Shown here: positions 58,749 through 64,000 of the stretch, one piece after another
Numbering within the stretch: position 1 is the stretch's first letter
Layout: every line of letters begins with the position of its first letter
Assembly (NCBI GenBank): GCA_043811535.1
Contig: JBDRNC010000017.1
Coordinates: 32,001-96,000, forward strand
Direction of reading: 5' to 3'
Origin: Elusimicrobiota bacterium
GTDB lineage: Bacteria; Elusimicrobiota; Endomicrobiia; Endomicrobiales; JBDRNC01
Length of the DNA: 64,000 nt
Notes under the pieces: generated by a model
The model's input: the letters and a program-made list of their open reading frames with translations, nothing else
Told to the model about the DNA's origin: nothing
The model's database searches: none
Position numbers and translations under genes: made by a program

Positions 58749-60172
58749 TTGTTCTCTTTTCTCAGAAGCGAAACTATGAAACTTATGCCCGCTTTTACGT
58801 ACATAAGCAGTTCCGCCGCTGATTTAACTCTGATGATTTTTTTGATGATATAGGAAGGCCTTAAATAGAATTTTCTGTAAGCCGTCATGAGTATCTCGTA
58901 TACTTCTGATTCCGAGAATATGTTCCACAGCGGCGGTTTGAAATCCACGGACGGATTTTTTGCGTATTCATGCCAGACGTCATAAGGCACGACTTTCTTT
59001 TCCAATGCTTCGGCATACAGAGTAGTACACGGATAAAGCGTGAACAGCGAGAATTGCACGAATTCCGTGTCCAGCTCGCAGGCCAGATCTATCGTTTCAA
59101 ACGCTTCTTTCCTGGTCTCGTCCGGACAGCCGGTCATGAAATCGGCAAGTGATATCATATTCAGTTTTTTCATCAGTTTGAAGATCTCAATGACCCTGGG
59201 TATGGGAACCTGCTTGTTAAGGAGCTTCTGGATATGGGGGTTGGCCGATTCAACGCCGAAACTGATCCTCAGACAATGCGCCTGTTTCATGTAGCTCAGG
59301 GTTTCCTCGTCCATGGTGTCTATCCTGGAGCGGCAGCTCCAGACAATGTCCAGTTTTTTTTCCAATACCTGCTTGCAGAATTCGATGGTTCTTTTTTTGT
59401 TTACGGTGAAAGTCTCGTCCCAGAAAAAGAAATTCTTTATACCGAGGCTCAGGCAATATTCGATTTCCGCCAGTATGTTCTGGACGCCCCTGTACCGCCA
59501 GCCGCTGTTCTGCTTAAAACAGAAATTGCACTTGAAAGGGCATCCCCTCGATGTTATCATCGTCGTGATCGGGTTTATCTGGTCTATGAAAGAGTAGTAT
59601 TTCTTATAATCGGTCCAGTCCCGTTCCGGTATCGGGATGGAATCCAAATCGTTTTCAGAGTGCTCTTTCGCGCTTTTTACCACGGAACCGTTGCTTTTAT
59701 AGTGCAGATTAGAAACGTTCCCGTAATCATGTTTTCCTTCAATCTCGAGTAGCAGTTCATGGAACGCTTTTTCGCCGTCGTTGGCAACGACGAAATCAAC
59801 GAATTCGTTCGACAGCGTCTCCACGGGGTAGATGCTGATATGGGGGCCGCCGAAGACAACAAGAGTCTTAGGCGAGAGTTTTTTTACTTCCTTGGCTATG
59901 TAATACGTGTCCAGCAGCGAGAATGTCCAGCATGATATACCCACGACATCCGAGCCGTAGGCGACGGCTTTTTTCGCTATTTGCGCGTGGTCAAGCCGCT
60001 CTAAATTGGCGTCGATCACCTGGACTTTGCAGAACGGCATGTGGATCTTAAGGTATGTCGCAATGTACATGAGTCCCAGCGGCGGAAAGAAACCTTCGTT
60101 CTCGTCCACGAATCTGGGTTTTGTGGTTTTGATGGAATTAGTGAATGGAGGATGTATCAAAGAGACTTTCAT
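58745..60172 (-). CDS. Cobalamin-dependent radical SAM protein
   Basis: PPLGLMYIA, GGPH, TSRGCPFKCNFC, DETF, FGVES. Confidence 0.93.
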   Translation of the reverse strand: MKVSLIHPPFTNSIKTTKPRFVDENEGFFPPLGLMYIATYLKIHMPFCKVQVIDANLERLDHAQIAKKAVAYGSDVVGISCWTFSLLDTYYIAKEVKKLSPKTLVVFGGPHISIYPVETLSNEFVDFVVANDGEKAFHELLLEIEGKHDYGNVSNLHYKSNGSVVKSAKEHSENDLDSIPIPERDWTDYKKYYSFIDQINPITTMITSRGCPFKCNFCFKQNSGWRYRGVQNILAEIEYCLSLGIKNFFFWDETFTVNKKRTIEFCKQVLEKKLDIVWSCRSRIDTMDEETLSYMKQAHCLRISFGVESANPHIQKLLNKQVPIPRVIEIFKLMKKLNMISLADFMTGCPDETRKEAFETIDLACELDTEFVQFSLFTLYPCTTLYAEALEKKVVPYDVWHEYAKNPSVDFKPPLWNIFSESEVYEILMTAYRKFYLRPSYIIKKIIRVKSAAELLMYVKAGISFIVSLLRKENK

Positions 60173-60202
60173 GTAGGCACTGGCCCCTTTTTAAAGTTTG
60201 AT

Positions 60203-60895
60203 TTATTTGAACAGCGAGTATTGTATGATGCAGCGCAGGGCGGATATCCCGTCCTCCCATCTTATTTTTTTGCCTTCCTTATGAGTCCTGCCGTAATAAG
60301 AGATCGGAACCTCATATATCCTGTATTTAAGCTTTGCTATCTTGGCCGTGATCTCCGGTTCGATTCCGAAACGGTTTTCTTTCAGTGGAATCCGTTTGAT
60401 AATGTCGGACATGAAAGCCTTTAAACCCACTTCCATATCGGTTAAATTAAGATTCGTGAATATGTTTGACAGAAGCGTTAAACACTTGTTTGTCAGGTAA
60501 TGCCTGAAAAACATCACCCTGTGAGATCCTTCCCCGGGCTTCAGCCTTGTCCCGTATACTGCGTCGGCATCGCCGTCTATCAGAGGTTTTAGCATCGCCG
60601 GATAATCGTTCGGCGAATATTCAAAATCCGCGTCCTGGATCAGGATGTAATCTCCCGTGGCCCTTTCGATGCCGGCCCTTACGGCCGCGCCTTTGCCCAT
60701 GTTCTTTCCCTGGTCAATAAGTACAATGCCGGGGTTGTTGATGCTCTTTATCCTTTCAAGGGTAAGATCGGTGGAACAGTCATTGATTACAATGACTTCC
60801 TTGTCAAGCGGAAGGCTGCACTGCAAAACTTGATTAATGATAGGAACTACCGTTTCCTGTTCGTTAAAAACCGGGATAATAATAGATACTTTCAT
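60203..60895 (-). CDS. GT2 glycosyltransferase (DPM-synthase/ArnC-like)
   Basis: IIPVFNE, NDCSTD, GKGAA, QDADFEY, LTDME, RFGIEPE. Confidence 0.92.
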   Translation of the reverse strand: MKVSIIIPVFNEQETVVPIINQVLQCSLPLDKEVIVINDCSTDLTLERIKSINNPGIVLIDQGKNMGKGAAVRAGIERATGDYILIQDADFEYSPNDYPAMLKPLIDGDADAVYGTRLKPGEGSHRVMFFRHYLTNKCLTLLSNIFTNLNLTDMEVGLKAFMSDIIKRIPLKENRFGIEPEITAKIAKLKYRIYEVPISYYGRTHKEGKKIRWEDGISALRCIIQYSLFK

Positions 60896-60952
60896 AATTG
60901 ATTACCTCTTATCCGCGTCAGATTTATCGATAAAATATTTGTGATCTGCGGA

Positions 60953-62080
60953 CTATTCAAGCATTCCCCTTCTTTTCAGGAATTTATAAACTTCCTCGGC
61001 GCATAGTTTATTGCCTTCTTCGTTCCAGTGCGCGTCGGTTCTGAAATAAAGCTGTTCACCTTTGGCGGCGCTGACCGTGAATGCACCTGTAAGGTCAATG
61101 TAGGGAATGCCGGTGTTTTTCAATATCCGGGCAAATTCTTTTTGAGCCCTGAAAAGGTCATAATCGGATTTATAGAACTTGTCCAGCAGGCCGCTGTATA
61201 CCTGCTCTTTCATGGGGACTATAAGCACGGCGACTTTAATAGAGTTAGTATCTGCGGACTTCTTTATATCCAGGAAATATTTCTTGTGAAGCTTTATTCC
61301 TTTCTGCCAGGATTTTTCGTCCATGTTTAAAAACGTGTCGACAGCTGCGATGCTCATCACAAAATCAAGGCCGCCTTCTTTGACCGGGAATTGCCTGCCT
61401 ATCTTTTCGCGCGCGGGCACATCCAGCATTCTTATAAGACAAAAAGATATGCTGTGTTCCCAGAGCCATTGAACCATATTCTGGAATACGGCTGGCTTCG
61501 GTGTTTTAGCGCGATCGACCGGCGAATCGCTGGAAACCGCGTCATGAAAATCATTTACGAAAAGCTGAATTATAAGTATTTTCGGCTTTAGACCAAGTCC
61601 GAAATGCTTGAATATGTAATCAAACTGCTTTATGCACTGTCCGCTGGCTCCCAGATTGGCAAAATCTTTACCTGTTTTTTTTTCGAGAAGTTCTATCCAG
61701 TTATTTTCTATTTCAACTCCCGGAGAGAATGCGAAAGAGTCCCCCAGTACGACAGCATAAGCCTTCCCTTGCAAGCCGTCATCCCTGAAACCAACCGAAC
61801 CATCGCCGAACCCTACGGTTTTTACCCGGTATTTGAAATCAGGATGTCCCTCAAGGAACACATCCACCCCGGGCTTGAATATCGTGCCGAGAACCGGATG
61901 CTGCGCGTGCAGTTTTGCGGTAATTCTTTCAAGCCTTATCAGGCCTCTTCTGTTATCGATGAATTCCGGCATTGATGCCGGAAAGGCCCGCCCGGCAATT
62001 TCAATAATGACGATCGCCAGAAATATGCCGAAGAGCATCAGTGCCGCTGATTCCATGAAGTGTTTGATGTTTTTATTCAT
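60953..62080 (-). CDS. Membrane-anchored SGNH/AlgX-like protein
   Basis: N-terminal TM, GFRD, LGDSF, ND, DAHWNEEG. Confidence 0.82.
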   Translation of the reverse strand: MNKNIKHFMESAALMLFGIFLAIVIIEIAGRAFPASMPEFIDNRRGLIRLERITAKLHAQHPVLGTIFKPGVDVFLEGHPDFKYRVKTVGFGDGSVGFRDDGLQGKAYAVVLGDSFAFSPGVEIENNWIELLEKKTGKDFANLGASGQCIKQFDYIFKHFGLGLKPKILIIQLFVNDFHDAVSSDSPVDRAKTPKPAVFQNMVQWLWEHSISFCLIRMLDVPAREKIGRQFPVKEGGLDFVMSIAAVDTFLNMDEKSWQKGIKLHKKYFLDIKKSADTNSIKVAVLIVPMKEQVYSGLLDKFYKSDYDLFRAQKEFARILKNTGIPYIDLTGAFTVSAAKGEQLYFRTDAHWNEEGNKLCAEEVYKFLKRRGMLE

Positions 62081-62093
62081 AGATGCCCGGGTT

Positions 62094-63992
62094 TCAGTTT
62101 CTGATATCCTTGTCTATATACATCTTGTGCCACATTTCCAGCATCAGGAGAGCCCACATGCGGTATCCGTGGTCCCTTTTACCTTCAATATGTTCCTTGA
62201 ACATTTCCTCAAGCCTTTGCCTGCTGAAATATCCCCTGTTTAAGGCCTTTTCAGATAAAACCGTTTCCCTGAAATAATCCTTCCAATCGGTCTTGAACCA
62301 CTTCCCGACGGGTATGCCGAAACCCATTTTCCCCCTGTTTATTATCTGCCTGGGAAGAAAATCATTGAAGGTTTTCTTGAGAATATGCTTCGTCGAAAGT
62401 CCCTTGATCTTCCATGACGACGGTAGAGACGCCGAAAATTCCATTAATTTGTGGTCAAGGAAAGGGCTTCTCGCTTCAAGCGAGTTAGCCATCGATGCTA
62501 TATCCATCTTGACCAGCAGGCATTCCGGCAGGTAGGCGTTTATGTCGGTGTAGAATGTCTTGTCCATAATATCGCTGGCGGGAGCGTTCCTGAAAATTTC
62601 CATCATGTAGTCGAACGCGTTCTGTTGAATACGCGATTTCATCTGGTCCGAATAAAGAAGCTGTTTCGCGTCGTTCGTGAAGAAGCAGTGCCAGTATATA
62701 TTCCTCATCGCGGGCGGTTCCGAAAGCGCCGTTATAAGGCGGTACATGTATCGGAACATGTTCCGGCCCTTTGTCGTTTCGGTATGGGGCAGGAGCCTGG
62801 CAAGTTTTTCGGTTGCCGTCCTGCCGATGAGCTGAAAAGGGAAGGCAAAATAAAGCGAGCCTTTCAGGGCCTTGTAGCGCAGATACCCGCCGAAGGATTC
62901 ATCGCCGCCGTCGCCGTTGAGCGCGACGGTCACGTGTTTTTTTGTCTCGCGCGAAACAAGATATGAAGGAAGCGCGGACGAATCTGCGAAAGGCTGCCCG
63001 TAATGCCACACGATCTTGGGAAGAAGTTCAATAAAATTGGCTTTCAGGACGAATTCGTGGTGCTCGGTCTTGAAATGTTCGGCAACCGCCCTGGCGTAAT
63101 GAAGTTCCGAGAACTCCGCTTCCTCAAAACCGATGGAAAAGGTTTTGACGGGTTTTGAAGAGAGCCCGCTCATGAGTCCCACGATTATGCTGGAATCGTG
63201 CCCGCCTGACAGGAATGCGCCGAGCGGGACATCCGAGATCATCCTGAGTCTTGTCGCTTCCGTGAGTATTTCCCTTGTTTTGTCACATGCTTCTGAAAAT
63301 GAAAGGTCTGTTTTTTCCCTGAAATCAAGATCCCAGTACCTTTGGACGTTTATCTTCCCGGTTTTGTCGCACGTGAGCGTGCGGGCCGGCGGCAATGAAT
63401 GTATGTTATTGAAAATAGTCTTCGGGGAAGGGATATACTGATAAGTGAGAAAAAGGTCAATAGAAGCCACGTCTATTTCGGGGGTCTTGTTTAGGTACTC
63501 GAGTATTGATTTTATTTCAGAAGCGAAGACGAGCGCGCCTTCGGAAAGGGTGTAATACAGCGGTTTTTTCCCGACCCTGTCCTTTGCCATGAAGAGTTTT
63601 TGGTTCTTTTCGTCCCATAAAGCGAACGCGAACATTCCCCGCAGGTGCTGGACGCATTTTTCACCGTACTCTTCGTACAGGTGGACAATAACTTCCGTGT
63701 CGGTTCTGGTGTAGAAACCGTGCTTTGTTTCAAGGTTTTTTCTGAGTTCAAGGAAATTATAGATTTCCCCGTTCAGGACTACCCAGATGGATTTGTCTTC
63801 GTTGTGGATGGGCTGGTGTCCGGTTTGAAGGTCAATGATGGAAAGTCTTCTCATGCCGAGGCCGATATTCCCCTTTACATATACGCCCTCGTCGTCGGGC
63901 CCGCGGTACTTGATTACATCGCACATCCTGCGCAGGACGTTCTCTTCCGACGGTTTGTTGTTAAAGTGATAGATTCCCGCTATTCCGCACAT
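62094..63992 (-). CDS. asnB: AsnB-like amidotransferase
   Basis: MCGIAG, RGPDD, NGEIYN, SGGHDSS, GDGGDE, RSPFLD. Confidence 0.92.
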   Translation of the reverse strand: MCGIAGIYHFNNKPSEENVLRRMCDVIKYRGPDDEGVYVKGNIGLGMRRLSIIDLQTGHQPIHNEDKSIWVVLNGEIYNFLELRKNLETKHGFYTRTDTEVIVHLYEEYGEKCVQHLRGMFAFALWDEKNQKLFMAKDRVGKKPLYYTLSEGALVFASEIKSILEYLNKTPEIDVASIDLFLTYQYIPSPKTIFNNIHSLPPARTLTCDKTGKINVQRYWDLDFREKTDLSFSEACDKTREILTEATRLRMISDVPLGAFLSGGHDSSIIVGLMSGLSSKPVKTFSIGFEEAEFSELHYARAVAEHFKTEHHEFVLKANFIELLPKIVWHYGQPFADSSALPSYLVSRETKKHVTVALNGDGGDESFGGYLRYKALKGSLYFAFPFQLIGRTATEKLARLLPHTETTKGRNMFRYMYRLITALSEPPAMRNIYWHCFFTNDAKQLLYSDQMKSRIQQNAFDYMMEIFRNAPASDIMDKTFYTDINAYLPECLLVKMDIASMANSLEARSPFLDHKLMEFSASLPSSWKIKGLSTKHILKKTFNDFLPRQIINRGKMGFGIPVGKWFKTDWKDYFRETVLSEKALNRGYFSRQRLEEMFKEHIEGKRDHGYRMWALLMLEMWHKMYIDKDIRN

Positions 63993-64000
63993 TGAAATAT

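Overview
Bacterial chromosomal segment of an apparent anaerobe. Every credible gene lies on the minus strand. Taxonomy cannot be established from this window; Elusimicrobiota-like is only an impression. In transcription order it contains: (1) a ~33 kb surface-glycan locus (63992-30707) with five GT-C membrane glycosyltransferases, three GT2s, two B12-dependent radical SAM enzymes, two AsnB-like amidotransferases, a carbamoyltransferase, WbpA/B/D/E-like enzymes (the aminotransferase is frameshifted) and WecA; (2) icd-ndk-ackA-yceD-rpmF-plsX-fabH-fabD (frameshifted)-fabG-acpP-fabF-rnc, then acyl-CoA dehydrogenase/EtfB/ferredoxin-fused EtfA; (3) a group 4 Mbh-like membrane [NiFe]-hydrogenase operon headed by AsrA/AsrB-like subunits, with Mrp-type subunits and hyp genes (HypF lacks its N-terminal half). 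Blocks 2 and 3 each start with a sigma70 promoter and a Rex box. The most unusual signal is a family of degenerate 7-bp tandem arrays at about 16 sites. They occur as short inverted pairs between genes, as an inverted pair enclosing an AT-rich orphan gene inside the hyp operon, and inside coding sequences, where one copy-number state frameshifts fabD. Several arrays share boundary motifs (GACAGY, AGTAAARAC). No rRNA, tRNA, CRISPR array or transposase was found.
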